From assembly GCA_026390695.1 (NCBI GenBank), contig JAPLFL010000048.1:339-64338 (forward strand): DNA of 64,000 nucleotides. The letters are read 5' to 3'. The notes below the pieces were generated by a model. That model had not been told where the DNA came from. It made no database searches and saw only the letters and a program-made list of their open reading frames with translations. Shown in pieces: positions 19,141-29,349 of the stretch. The translations under genes and the position numbers were made by a program. Every line of letters starts with the position of its first letter. Position 1 is the first letter of the stretch. This stretch comes from Candidatus Kapaibacterium sp. GTDB taxonomy: Bacteria > Bacteroidota > Ignavibacteria > Kapaibacteriales > UBA2268.

Positions 19141-19743
19141 GTGTTTATATCATTTGAAGGCATTGATGGCTGCGGGAAAACAACCCAAATTGAGCAATTA
19201 TCAAATTATTTTGAAAAAAGAGGAGCAGAGCTAATAAAATTGCGTGAACCGGGAGGTACTGCGACATCTGAGCAAATTCGATCTATTCTGCTAAATCATA
19301 AAAACGACATTGACTCTGTAACGGAATTATTTCTTTTTGAGGCAGCAAGATCGTGCCTTGTCCAACAAATAATAAAACCAGCATTAGACGAAGGCAAAAT
19401 TGTTTTAAGCGATAGATTTTTTGATTCAACAATTGCTTATCAGGGCTATGGGAGAGGATTGAACATGGAAATGATAAATAAATTAAATGAATTTGCCACT
19501 CAAAATATTAAACCCGATATAACTTTTTACTTAAAGATATCACTCGATCTTTCCAATCAAAGAACAAAATATAAAAACCCGGACAGAATGGAACTATCCG
19601 GGCAGATTTTTTTTGAGCGAGTTATTAAAGGTTTCGATGAAATAGCTCTGAAAGAGCCGAATAGAGTGATTACAATTGATTCATCAGGGCAAGTACAGAA
19701 AACATTTTCATTGATTGAAAAAGCAATCAATGAAAGGTTTTGA
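19141..19743 (+). CDS. tmk: Thymidylate kinase
   Basis: 200 aa; P-loop FISFEGIDGCGKTTQ and DRFFDSTIAYQG. Confidence 0.9.
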   Translation: MFISFEGIDGCGKTTQIEQLSNYFEKRGAELIKLREPGGTATSEQIRSILLNHKNDIDSVTELFLFEAARSCLVQQIIKPALDEGKIVLSDRFFDSTIAYQGYGRGLNMEMINKLNEFATQNIKPDITFYLKISLDLSNQRTKYKNPDRMELSGQIFFERVIKGFDEIALKEPNRVITIDSSGQVQKTFSLIEKAINERF

Positions 19744-19747
19744 GCAA

Positions 19748-20059
19748 CTACCAGCGCATTAAATTGACTTCATCCACATAAATCGTTTGTTTATTTCTAA
19801 ATAATGCAATAATAATGGCAAGACCTACTGCAGATTCTGCTGCAGCAACGGACATGATAAAAAATACAAATATCTGACCGGTTGTATCTCCCAAAAATGA
19901 TGAAAACGAAACGAAGGCTAAATTCACCGAATTGAGCATCAGTTCTATTGACATAAATATAATGATAGCACTTCTGCGAGTCATAACTCCTATTGATCCG
20001 ATAATAAAAATAATTGCTGAAAGTCCTAAATAATATCCTAATGGAACGATTGGTAGCAT
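19748..20059 (-). CDS. nuoK: NADH-quinone oxidoreductase subunit K
   Basis: 103 aa, 3 transmembrane helices; ...[15 protein letters not shown]... typical of NuoK. Confidence 0.85.
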   Translation of the reverse strand: MLPIVPLGYYLGLSAIIFIIGSIGVMTRRSAIIIFMSIELMLNSVNLAFVSFSSFLGDTTGQIFVFFIMSVAAAESAVGLAIIIALFRNKQTIYVDEVNLMRW

Positions 20060-20085
20060 AATAACCTCTATTTTGATTTCTAAAT

Positions 20086-20598
20086 TTATTGATTGATTCT
20101 TCTTTTTGCCAGAATAACAGCTCCTATAATAGCAGCAAGAAGTAATAGACCTATAGCCTCGAACGGAACAAGATACGATGTGAAAAATGCTTTGCTGATT
20201 GCTTCAGCCGTCCCGTTTTGTAATGCGTTCGGACTTAAACTGTTTTGAGTAGGTTTATTAGTCAAAAATATTGTTACCAATTCAAGTGCAAATCCGATCG
20301 AAAAAAGAATAGCCATGGCTTTAACAGGAATTACTTTAATCGTATGATGCTCTTCCTTTGATAAATTAAGCAACATGATTACGAAAATTACAAGAACCAT
20401 AATGGCACCTGCATAAACGAGTATTTGCAGAACAGCTATAAATTGTGCCTGCAAAGTTAAATAAATACCAGCAAGCATGAAAAAGTGCAGTACAAGCGAC
20501 ATCGCAGAAACAATCGGATGACGGGTTGAAATAGTAACTAAAGCACTTGCTATTGCTAAAGTCCCTAATATTCCAAAGATAATAAAATCAATAATCAC
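20086..20598 (-). CDS. nuoJ: NADH-quinone oxidoreductase subunit J
   Basis: 170-aa membrane protein with NuoJ-like N-terminus; sits immediately upstream of nuoK. Confidence 0.75.
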   Translation of the reverse strand: MIIDFIIFGILGTLAIASALVTISTRHPIVSAMSLVLHFFMLAGIYLTLQAQFIAVLQILVYAGAIMVLVIFVIMLLNLSKEEHHTIKVIPVKAMAILFSIGFALELVTIFLTNKPTQNSLSPNALQNGTAEAISKAFFTSYLVPFEAIGLLLLAAIIGAVILAKRRINQ

Positions 20599-20814
20599 AA
20601 TTTTCCTTTTTCAAATATATAATAGCATCAAATCAGGTGATTAACCCAATTATTACGAAATTACGAAATTCAAATGAAAAATCAGGGATTTTTTATAATC
20701 AATTGAAAAAAGTTTTGTTTGTGTTGGATGTTTATAACTTTTTTTCTATAATCCGAACATAAATTGCAAATTGCAATATAAATGCAAATTGTTTTAAAAT
20801 TTAAAGTGTATTAT

Positions 20815-21876
20815 ATGGCAAGCGAAAAAAAACAGGATATACATCCGGATAAAAATCAAGACAAGAATCAAGATAAAAATCTGAATAAGATACCGGAAGA
20901 AAAATGGAAAGCTATGAAGTTAGCTATGGATCAAATTGAAAAGGCCCATGGCAAAGGTTCTATTATGCTTTTAAGCGATTCTAAATTAGTTGATATTGAT
21001 GTTATTCCAACTGGCTGCATGTCTTTGGATGCTGCAATCGGAGTTGGCGGAGTCCCACGTGGAAGAATTATTGAAATTTATGGCCCGGAATCAAGCGGAA
21101 AAACAACAATTTGTCTTCATATTATTGCTGAGGCTCAAAAGCAGAATGGTATTGCCGCTTTCGTTGATACTGAGCATGCATTGGATGTAGCTTACGCAAA
21201 AAGATTGGGTGTAGATCTTAATAATTTATTACTCTCACAGCCCGAGTACGGTGAACAAGCTTTGGAGATAGTAGAAACACTTGTACGCAGCGGTGCTCTT
21301 GATGTGATTATTGTAGATTCGGTTGCCGCACTTACTCCTAAAGTTGAAATTGACGGAGAAATGGGTGATGCACAAATGGGCTCTCAGGCGAGACTTATGT
21401 CGCAGGCAATGAGAAAATTAAATGCAGCAATCGGAAAATCCAATACTACAGTCATGTTTACTAATCAGTTGAGAAGTAAAATCGGCGTTGTTTATGGTAA
21501 TCCAGAAACAACAACCGGTGGAAATGCGCTTAAATTCTATGCATCTGTAAGAATTGATATTCGCCGTAAAGAAGTTATTAAAGAAGGACAAGATATTATA
21601 GGTAACCGTGTCAGAGTAAAAATTGTGAAAAACAAGGTTGCTCCACCGTTTAAAGAGGTCGAGTTCGATATACTTTACAATGAAGGAATCTCGAAAATCG
21701 GTGATATGATAGATATTGGAACTGAATATGGTTTTATAACCAAAAGCGGTTCATGGTATTCTTACAAAACCGAAAGAGTTCAGGGACGTGATGGATTGAA
21801 AAAAATATTTAATGATTCCCCAACTCTCTTCTCAGCATTAGAAGCAGAGATCAGAACAGCTATAACAGGTGGTTAA
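20815..21876 (+). CDS. recA: Recombinase RecA (short N-terminal [12 protein letters not shown] repeat extension)
   Basis: Walker [10 protein letters not shown] and [13 protein letters not shown]. The track ORF starts at 20782; MASEKK is the preferred start. Confidence 0.95.
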   Translation: MASEKKQDIHPDKNQDKNQDKNLNKIPEEKWKAMKLAMDQIEKAHGKGSIMLLSDSKLVDIDVIPTGCMSLDAAIGVGGVPRGRIIEIYGPESSGKTTICLHIIAEAQKQNGIAAFVDTEHALDVAYAKRLGVDLNNLLLSQPEYGEQALEIVETLVRSGALDVIIVDSVAALTPKVEIDGEMGDAQMGSQARLMSQAMRKLNAAIGKSNTTVMFTNQLRSKIGVVYGNPETTTGGNALKFYASVRIDIRRKEVIKEGQDIIGNRVRVKIVKNKVAPPFKEVEFDILYNEGISKIGDMIDIGTEYGFITKSGSWYSYKTERVQGRDGLKKIFNDSPTLFSALEAEIRTAITGG

Positions 21877-22044
21877 AAATATATTTAACTTTGTTAACAA
21901 TTGAAGAATTCAAGTAGGCAGTCTCGTAAGTTACGTTTCTGTCATTGATGCCAGTGCAGGAATCGCCTAAAGCGTAACTGAAAGGGGATTCACGCTTGCG
22001 AGAGTGCGTGAAAACGAGGAAATTCCACTTGAATGTCATTCCCG

Positions 22045-22185
22045 CGCATGAGACTGTGTGAAAACACGAAATATTCACGTATCTGTCATTCCCGCGCATG
22101 CGGGAATCCCCTTCCATGGCGCAATTGGGGATTTCTGCATACGCAGGTATGACAAGAAATTGCAGTTTTCACACAAGCTCATGCG
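22045..22185. mobile_element. MITE-like element, family B (TIR CGCATGAG(A/C)(C/T)TGTGTGAAAAC); contains the REP palindromes GTCATTCCCGCGCATGCGGGAATCCCC and GGGGATTTCTGCATACGCAGGTATGAC. Related partial copies lie at 21935..22040
   Basis: Inverted repeat 22045-22065 versus 22165-22185 (19/21 match). Shares the REP core with family A. Confidence 0.6.
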
Positions 22186-22267
22186 CCGAAATGACATTTT
22201 TGGTAAAAATTCTAATTCTGAGAAATCCACTATTAATTTAGATTACAATTAATAATATTTTTAAATT

Positions 22268-22906
22268 ATGAATGAATATAAAATTATTTCAATTGTAAAA
22301 CAAAAATTTCCTTCAACTGATTTTTCCGTTAGCTTGGACAGCGGCGAATGCTTTGAACTATCATCGGATTTGGTTTTTAAAAATTCACTATCGAATGGAG
22401 TTTCAATAAACGAGGAAACACTGAAGCAAATTAAATTAGAAAATGAATCTATATCAGCCAAACAAACCGCTTACGGGTTCTGTTCATATAAACCGCGCTC
22501 AGAGCATCAACTCAGGCAGAAACTTAATGTAAAAGACTTCAGTGATGAAGCAAAGGAAATTGCAATTGATTATATGAAGCAAATTAAATATATTGATGAT
22601 ATGAAATTTGCTTTGGATTATGCAAAAGCGCTACAGTTGCGCAAGAACATGCCATTAAATAAAATAAAATCCGAACTCTATCAAAAGGGCATTTCAAAAT
22701 TTGACATAGAAGATACGCTCCATCAGTTTGCAGATGAGGATAATGAATTAAATAGTGCTTTGAGAGCTATTCATAAGAAATTAAAAAATAAAAAATTTGA
22801 AACAGACACTGAGTTAAAGTATTTTATTATTCAATTATTGATTAAATCTGGCTTTAGTAGCGATATAGCAAGATCAGCAACTGAAAAATATTTAAATAAT
22901 GAATAA
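22268..22906 (+). CDS. recX: Recombination regulator RecX
   Basis: 212 aa; RecX three-repeat architecture (SEHQLRQKLNVKDFSDEAKEIAIDYMKQIKYIDDMKFALDYAKA); downstream of recA. Confidence 0.8.
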   Translation: MNEYKIISIVKQKFPSTDFSVSLDSGECFELSSDLVFKNSLSNGVSINEETLKQIKLENESISAKQTAYGFCSYKPRSEHQLRQKLNVKDFSDEAKEIAIDYMKQIKYIDDMKFALDYAKALQLRKNMPLNKIKSELYQKGISKFDIEDTLHQFADEDNELNSALRAIHKKLKNKKFETDTELKYFIIQLLIKSGFSSDIARSATEKYLNNE

Positions 22907-22946
22907 AAAAAATCCCCTTTCTTTCAGAAAGGGGATTATATTAAAA
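22907..22946. terminator. Bidirectional rho-independent terminator (AATCCCCTTTC-loop-GAAAGGGGATT) shared by recX (+) and the M16 peptidase gene (-)
   Basis: 11-bp stem, preceded by an A-run and followed by a T-run when read on the minus strand. Confidence 0.7.
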
Positions 22947-22973
22947 TGGAACTAATTCATTTTTGAATAAGCA

Positions 22974-25796
22974 TTATTTCTCTGGTACTAAAATAAATTT
23001 TGCAAAGTTATTCATGTTCAGGAATTGATTAGCAGCATCTTTTATGTCCTGTGGCTTTAATTTATTTACCATATCGTTAAAATTAAGAATTGCATTAGGA
23101 TCTTCACTTATCCAGTAATAATTCTCCAACCATCCCAACCACTGCCGATTTTCTTTGCTATTTACTTCATATTCACGTTTAAAAGTTTCAGTGATTTTCT
23201 TCATATCTTTTTCGTCGGGTAGGCTGGTTTTAATTTTATCAACAACTTTGAGAAGATCGTCGATAAGTTCATTGGCTCTGGTCGGATCGCATCCGAACAT
23301 AATATTAAATGTGAATTTTTGTTTGGGATATTTCTGTAAAGAACCACTGGCTCTAATTCCATAAGTTCCGCTTTTCTCTTCACGAATTTCTTCACGTAAT
23401 TTATCGCTCAAATGTGCCGATAGAGCGCGCATCTTCAGACGGTTATCGGCATTATAATCGCAGTCACCATTTATTACAAGATTTACTGAGCCTTTTTTCT
23501 CAACACCTTTTTTAACGGTTTTTTCAATTTTTCCTTGTGGAGGATTGCTTCCTATATCCTTCCAGTTTTCTTTTCTGCGTTGTGTTGGAAGGGAAGCTAC
23601 ATATTTTTCGATTAATGGTTTAATTTTTTCCAAATTAACATTGCCAACAAAAAAGAAAGTGAAATCACCGACATCAGCGAACCTGTCTTTATAAAAATCA
23701 AAAGCTTTAATTGCATTAAAATCCTTAAGCATTTCCTCAGTCATCGGACGTTTGCGAAAATGATACTGAGTCATTATTGATCTTACTGAATCACGGAAAA
23801 TACCTTCTGGTGTACGTTGATTGGCAAGAATAGATTCCTTTGTTCTCTTAACAAGCGCTTGGTAAGCGTCCTCATCAATTCTTGGTTCTGTTATAATCAA
23901 ATTCAGAAGCTGGAAGAAAGTTTCATCGTCCTTAGGGGAATAGCTGCCCTCTAAGCCTTCGTTTAATTCATCAATGTATGAATTTAAACTAACTTCTTTC
24001 CCTGATAAAAGCTTCTGGAGCGCCGATTCATCAAATTGTGACACACCCGATTCATTAAGTAATTGAGAAGTAAAATTTGCGGAAATAAAATCTGCATCAT
24101 TTGCTATGGAAGTGCCTCCTGGGCTGAAGGCTTTGAATAATATTTCGTCATTTTTAAAATCAGTAGGTTTCAGAATAACTTTAGCTCCATTTGAAAGAAA
24201 CAATTCAGTTACACCGATTTTTTCAAGTTTATTTTCTTTTATTATTTTTCCCGAATTAACAGTTTTTGAAAAAAGAGGCTTCCCGATTTCTGCATCTTTG
24301 TATGGCTCAATCTTGGATTTCTCAATTTCCGAATATTTAGCAATTGCTTCTGCTTCAGTCGGTACAACAATTTCAGGTTTTTCGGGTGCAACCATTGTGA
24401 TGATGGAATTATTGCTGTGGATCAGTGTTTTAATATAAGTGTTAATTTCAGCAAGTGTAATTTCGGGTATAAATTTAGAATAAAGAGCGTATTCGTATTC
24501 CATACCGGGCATGCTTTCATTCTGTAAAAAATTGGAAACATATTCACGAGTGTAGTTTTTAGAATTTGTTTTATCTCGTTCATCATACATCTTTTGGACA
24601 GATCTTAGCATTTCTTTCTTAGCGCGATCAAGTTCTGTGGCTAAAAAACCGTGCTGCATGGCACGAAATCCTTCGGTAATTATTGATTCAAAGCCTTTCA
24701 TCAAACCATTACCGGCAACCATTGCCATCAAATCAAATGAACGAACATCAGAGAAAAATTTACCTTCATTTCCCCCGGCAAAGAGGAATGGTGCGTCTTT
24801 CTTGCGTCTCATATCATCAAATCTTCTATTAATCATTTCGCCTAATAGCTGATTAACTAAATTTTTTCGATATTCTGCATAATTTCCAATCAATTTTCCT
24901 TCGTGATGTTTAAAATGAATCGAAACAGTTGCTCTTGGCATTTCTTTGTCTGTTGCAATTGATACTAAGGTTTTATCATTGTCTGGCAGCGGAAATTCAG
25001 TTCTTGGCTTTTCATTTTCAGGATTTTTCAACTCAGCAAAATGCTCTTGAATCATTTTTTCCATTTCATCAACATTAAAATCTCCAACAGCTACTACAGC
25101 CATTAAGTCGGGACGATACCAATCTTTGTAAAAAGTTGTCAATCTTTCATAATTACAATGATACAAAACAGCAGTATCTCCGATTGGCAGCCTGTCTGCA
25201 TATCGTGAATTATAAAGTAAGACTGGCAGTTGTTTTTTCATAACTCTATCTTGAGCGCCTTTTCCAAGACGCCATTCCTCTACTACTACTCCGCGCTCTT
25301 TATCAATTTCGGCATTATCGAAACTTACATTGTGTCCCCAATCCTCAAGCACCTGAATACCTTTGTTGAGCAGCCCTTCTTTGTCTGTCGGAATTTCGAG
25401 CATATAAACAGTTTCATCAAAACTTGTATATGCATTCAAATCTGCACCAAATTTCACTCCGGTTGATTGTAGGAAATTGATAAGTTCATTCTTGGGAAAG
25501 TTCTTGGTTCCATTAAAGCACATGTGTTCAATAAGATGTGCTAATCCTCTTTGATTGTCATCTTCCATGACAGATCCGGTTTTAACAGCCAAACGTAATT
25601 CAGCGCGTTTTTCGGGTTTCAAATTCTTCCGAATGTAATATTTGAGACCGTTATTTAATTTTCCGATCTTAACATCTTTGTCAATCGGTAGTAAAGCATT
25701 CAGATCAGTAACATTGATTTGTGGCTGCGCTGAAAGATAGGCAATGGAAGTGATTAATACTAAAATAATCACTCGGATACTTTTAAAAGTCTTCAT
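22974..25796 (-). CDS. M16-family zinc metallopeptidase (pitrilysin/insulinase-like), secreted
   Basis: 940 aa; signal peptide; inverted zinc motif HLIEHMCFNGT (HxxEH). Confidence 0.85.
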   Translation of the reverse strand: MKTFKSIRVIILVLITSIAYLSAQPQINVTDLNALLPIDKDVKIGKLNNGLKYYIRKNLKPEKRAELRLAVKTGSVMEDDNQRGLAHLIEHMCFNGTKNFPKNELINFLQSTGVKFGADLNAYTSFDETVYMLEIPTDKEGLLNKGIQVLEDWGHNVSFDNAEIDKERGVVVEEWRLGKGAQDRVMKKQLPVLLYNSRYADRLPIGDTAVLYHCNYERLTTFYKDWYRPDLMAVVAVGDFNVDEMEKMIQEHFAELKNPENEKPRTEFPLPDNDKTLVSIATDKEMPRATVSIHFKHHEGKLIGNYAEYRKNLVNQLLGEMINRRFDDMRRKKDAPFLFAGGNEGKFFSDVRSFDLMAMVAGNGLMKGFESIITEGFRAMQHGFLATELDRAKKEMLRSVQKMYDERDKTNSKNYTREYVSNFLQNESMPGMEYEYALYSKFIPEITLAEINTYIKTLIHSNNSIITMVAPEKPEIVVPTEAEAIAKYSEIEKSKIEPYKDAEIGKPLFSKTVNSGKIIKENKLEKIGVTELFLSNGAKVILKPTDFKNDEILFKAFSPGGTSIANDADFISANFTSQLLNESGVSQFDESALQKLLSGKEVSLNSYIDELNEGLEGSYSPKDDETFFQLLNLIITEPRIDEDAYQALVKRTKESILANQRTPEGIFRDSVRSIMTQYHFRKRPMTEEMLKDFNAIKAFDFYKDRFADVGDFTFFFVGNVNLEKIKPLIEKYVASLPTQRRKENWKDIGSNPPQGKIEKTVKKGVEKKGSVNLVINGDCDYNADNRLKMRALSAHLSDKLREEIREEKSGTYGIRASGSLQKYPKQKFTFNIMFGCDPTRANELIDDLLKVVDKIKTSLPDEKDMKKITETFKREYEVNSKENRQWLGWLENYYWISEDPNAILNFNDMVNKLKPQDIKDAANQFLNMNNFAKFILVPEK

Positions 25797-26010
25797 TATA
25801 AACCTAAATAAAAAATAAAATGAATTAATTTCAATCGATAGATTTTAAACATGATCTATTTACATCATAAATAAATTTCTAATCATGCAATTTAATAAAT
25901 TAGCTATTTCTAATAATCATAATAAATGAACTTTAAACATTATTTGAATATGTTAAAAAATAATCATAAATTTGTTGCTTATATTTTTTGCAAAATAAGG
26001 ATAAAGACTA

Positions 26011-29000
26011 ATGTTTGAGCCTTTACCGGAGCAATTTAACTATCCGGATTTAGAACAGAATATTCTTGAATTTTGGGAACAGAATGAAATTTTCCAAAAA
26101 TCATTGAAATTACGCGATGGAAGCCCGGTTTATTCATTTTATGAAGGACCTCCCACCGTCAACGGAAAACCCGGAATTCATCATGTGATTGCTCGGACTA
26201 TCAAAGATACCGTATGCCGCTTTAAAACCATGACAGGACATTTTGTTCGCCGTCAGGCAGGCTGGGACACTCACGGACTGCCTGTCGAAATTGCAGTTGA
26301 AAAACAATTAGAACTGAAGGACAAGTCTGAAGTAGAAAAATTAGGCGTCGAGAATTTTAATCGTGCTTGTAAAGAATTTGTTTACAAAAATATTGAGATG
26401 GATGAGGGCTGGCGTACTTTAACAACCAGAATGGGATATTGGATTGATCTTGATTCAGCTTATATTACATGTACGAATAACTACATAGAGTCGCTATGGT
26501 GGGCACTTAAAACATATTTTGACAAAGGTCTTATTTATAATGGCTTCAAAGTTGTTCCACAATCACCTACAATTGAAACTCCTCTCAGTTCACATGAATT
26601 GTCGCAAGGCTACAAAGATGTTCGTGATCCTAATTGCTATTTAAAATTAAAAATCATAAATTCATCAATAAAGAATTTAATTGGAAATTATATTTTAGTT
26701 TGGACAACAACTCCATGGACATTGTTTTCTAATGTCGCTCTGGCAGTGGGTGATGAGATTGATTACGTATTAATAAAAAATATAAGAAAAACTAAAGAAA
26801 CCGATTTGGAAGAACTCCTGGTATTAGCTGAATCAAGGCTTTCAGTCATTGATGGAGAATACGAGATAATTAGTAAATTCAAAGGTTCGGAATTGATTGG
26901 TACCGAATATGAGCAAATACTTCAATACTGTATTATAGATAAAAAGAAACATCCTAATGCTTTGACAGTTCTTGCAGGCGATTTCGTCTCAACAGGCGAT
27001 GGTAGCGGAATAGTCCATCTTGCACCGGCTTTTGGTGAAGATGATTATCAGATGTCAAAATTATTTAATCTTCCTTTTCTGCAACCAGTGACACCCAATG
27101 GACACTTTACTGATGAGTTAGGCGAATTTGCCGGTCGGGCTGTTAAAACCTTCAAATATGAGGACAGAACTGAAGAAGGTGCAGATAAAGATATTATTTT
27201 CAAACTCAAAACATTAAATAAAATATATCGTTCAACCAATGACTATACCCACAGCTATCCGCACTGCTGGAGAACCGGAAACCCGATCATTTATTATGCT
27301 CGTGAGTCATGGTTTATAAAATCTCCAGAATACAAGGATGAAATGCTGAAATTGAATGCAACAATAAATTGGCAGCCTGAAGAAATTGGCATTGGTCGCT
27401 TTGGTAATTGGCTTGAAGAAGTTAAAGAATGGTCACTATCAAGAGATAGATTTTGGGGAACTCCGCTTCCTATTTGGGTTAGTGAAGATAAAAAAGATAT
27501 GTTTGCAATCGGCTCAATTCAAGAACTAAGTGAAGGAATTTATCAAAATCCGGACGGAACAAGTATTATATTAAAAGAATCCGACTTAGAGATAGACCTA
27601 CACCGCCCTTTTGTCGATAGAATAATTTTTAAACGCAACGGAAAAACTTATCGACGTGTTCATGAAGTTATCGATGTGTGGTTTGACAGCGGAGCTATGC
27701 CTTTTGCACAATTTCATTATCCATTTGAAAACAAAGAATTATTTGAACAAAGCTTCCCCGCGGATTTTATAGCTGAAGGTATTGATCAAACACGCGGCTG
27801 GTTCTATACATTGCACAATATAGCAACCGTTTTATTTGGGAAACCGGCATTTAAAAATATTGTTGTAAATGATTTGATTCTTGATAAATTAGGTAAAAAA
27901 ATGTCAAAAAAGGATGGAAATACAGTCGATCCTTTTATGATGATGAATAAATATGGTGCAGATGCAATAAGATGGTATTTCTTTGTAAATAATCCGCCAT
28001 GGAAGCCTACTTTATTTAATCCTGAAGATATTGAAAGAACAATACTCTCCGATTTTTTTAGATCTCTGACAAATTCTTTTGCTTTTTTTGCTTTGTATGC
28101 TAATATTGATGGATTCGACGGTACTGAAGCCATGATCGAATTTGCTAAAAAACCTGAAATTGACAAATGGCTTATTTCTCGGGTCAATTCAATAATCCAG
28201 CAATATCGTTTGATGATGGAAGAATATGAATTAACTAAAGCTCACAGAATAATTCAGGAATTTGTGATTTATGAATTATCAAACTGGTATATCAGACGCA
28301 ACAGGCGCAGATTCTGGAAGGGTGATAAGGACGCTGATAAAATTTCTGCCTACCAAACATTGCATTGGGCATTAATAAATATTTTAGCAATAATGGCTCC
28401 TGCAGCACCGTTCCTATCTGAAGACTTATATCAGCGGCTTCGTTTTAAACATTATCCGGAATCCATCCATCTTTTTGATATGCCAAGTGTTAATCATGAA
28501 ACAATTGATCAAAATCTTGAACGAAAAATGGAAATAGCACAGAAAATCGTTTTCTTAGCCCGTTCACTACGTGAGAAATCAAAATTACGTGTCCGACAGC
28601 CGCTATCGAGAATCCTAATTCCTGTAATCAACCCACAGGAACGCAGAGATATTCAATCTGTTGAAGAGATAATCAAAGAAGAGTTGAATATTAAAAAAAT
28701 TGAATATGTTAATGAAGATGAGATAGATATAGTAAATCGTAGAGCTAAAGGCAATTTCAAAGTTCTTGGAAAAAAATATGGCAAATCAACACAAACGATT
28801 GCAAATCTGATAAAAGAACTAACAAATGAGCAGATTAGAAAAATCGAGAAGAATCATTCTTTGATAATTATCAATCAAGATGAGGAATTTGAAATTTCAA
28901 TTGATGACATTGAGGTATTTAGCGAGGATATTGAAGGCTGGCTCGTCGCAACTGATAACAATATCACGGTAGCGCTCGATACTCAATTGACTCCTGATCT

Positions 29001-29253
29001 GGTTAATGAAGGAATGTCACGTGAATTTGTAAATCGTGTACAAAATCTGAGAAAGACACTTGGCTTTGATGTTGTCGATCATGTAAAAATCGAATTGTCT
29101 TCAACAAATGAAATAATTGCTGCAATTTTATCAATGGAATCATATATCAAAAATGAAACACTTGCCGATGAAATAATAATAAATGATCAACTCAAACTCA
29201 ATGAATCTGAGATAAATGGCTTTCCTTTATTTTTTTCAGTCGAAAAAAAGTAA
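26011..29253 (+). CDS. ileS: Isoleucyl-tRNA synthetase (type 2)
   Basis: 1080 aa; HIGH-region PGIHHVIAR and KMSKKDGN (KMSKS). Confidence 0.95.
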   Translation: MFEPLPEQFNYPDLEQNILEFWEQNEIFQKSLKLRDGSPVYSFYEGPPTVNGKPGIHHVIARTIKDTVCRFKTMTGHFVRRQAGWDTHGLPVEIAVEKQLELKDKSEVEKLGVENFNRACKEFVYKNIEMDEGWRTLTTRMGYWIDLDSAYITCTNNYIESLWWALKTYFDKGLIYNGFKVVPQSPTIETPLSSHELSQGYKDVRDPNCYLKLKIINSSIKNLIGNYILVWTTTPWTLFSNVALAVGDEIDYVLIKNIRKTKETDLEELLVLAESRLSVIDGEYEIISKFKGSELIGTEYEQILQYCIIDKKKHPNALTVLAGDFVSTGDGSGIVHLAPAFGEDDYQMSKLFNLPFLQPVTPNGHFTDELGEFAGRAVKTFKYEDRTEEGADKDIIFKLKTLNKIYRSTNDYTHSYPHCWRTGNPIIYYARESWFIKSPEYKDEMLKLNATINWQPEEIGIGRFGNWLEEVKEWSLSRDRFWGTPLPIWVSEDKKDMFAIGSIQELSEGIYQNPDGTSIILKESDLEIDLHRPFVDRIIFKRNGKTYRRVHEVIDVWFDSGAMPFAQFHYPFENKELFEQSFPADFIAEGIDQTRGWFYTLHNIATVLFGKPAFKNIVVNDLILDKLGKKMSKKDGNTVDPFMMMNKYGADAIRWYFFVNNPPWKPTLFNPEDIERTILSDFFRSLTNSFAFFALYANIDGFDGTEAMIEFAKKPEIDKWLISRVNSIIQQYRLMMEEYELTKAHRIIQEFVIYELSNWYIRRNRRRFWKGDKDADKISAYQTLHWALINILAIMAPAAPFLSEDLYQRLRFKHYPESIHLFDMPSVNHETIDQNLERKMEIAQKIVFLARSLREKSKLRVRQPLSRILIPVINPQERRDIQSVEEIIKEELNIKKIEYVNEDEIDIVNRRAKGNFKVLGKKYGKSTQTIANLIKELTNEQIRKIEKNHSLIIINQDEEFEISIDDIEVFSEDIEGWLVATDNNITVALDTQLTPDLVNEGMSREFVNRVQNLRKTLGFDVVDHVKIELSSTNEIIAAILSMESYIKNETLADEIIINDQLKLNESEINGFPLFFSVEKK

Positions 29254-29349
29254 TTGTATTTTGTTTTGTGCTTAATAGTATTAAATTTGTGGTTCAATAA
29301 TAAAAATTAAAAAAAATGATTTTAAAAATATTCAAAATTTAAATGGAGA

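Noticed and set aside
20754-20775. Possible LexA/SOS box CGAACATAAATTGC upstream of recA
   Set aside because: Only the CGAACA half-site matches the Cheo-type palindrome; the second half is not GTTCG. FCB-group LexA boxes differ and I cannot verify this one from sequence alone.
20815-20910. [12 protein letters not shown] tandem repeat at the recA N-terminus as a possible separate element
   Set aside because: It is an in-frame short codon repeat in the N-terminal extension of recA and does not disrupt the frame, so it is noted only in the recA call.
21860-22252. ORFs 21860..22117 (-) and 22058..22252 (+) between recA and recX
   Set aside because: They lie wholly inside the nested MITE/REP palindromes and translate to Arg/Cys/His-rich junk typical of GC-rich palindromes read in frame.
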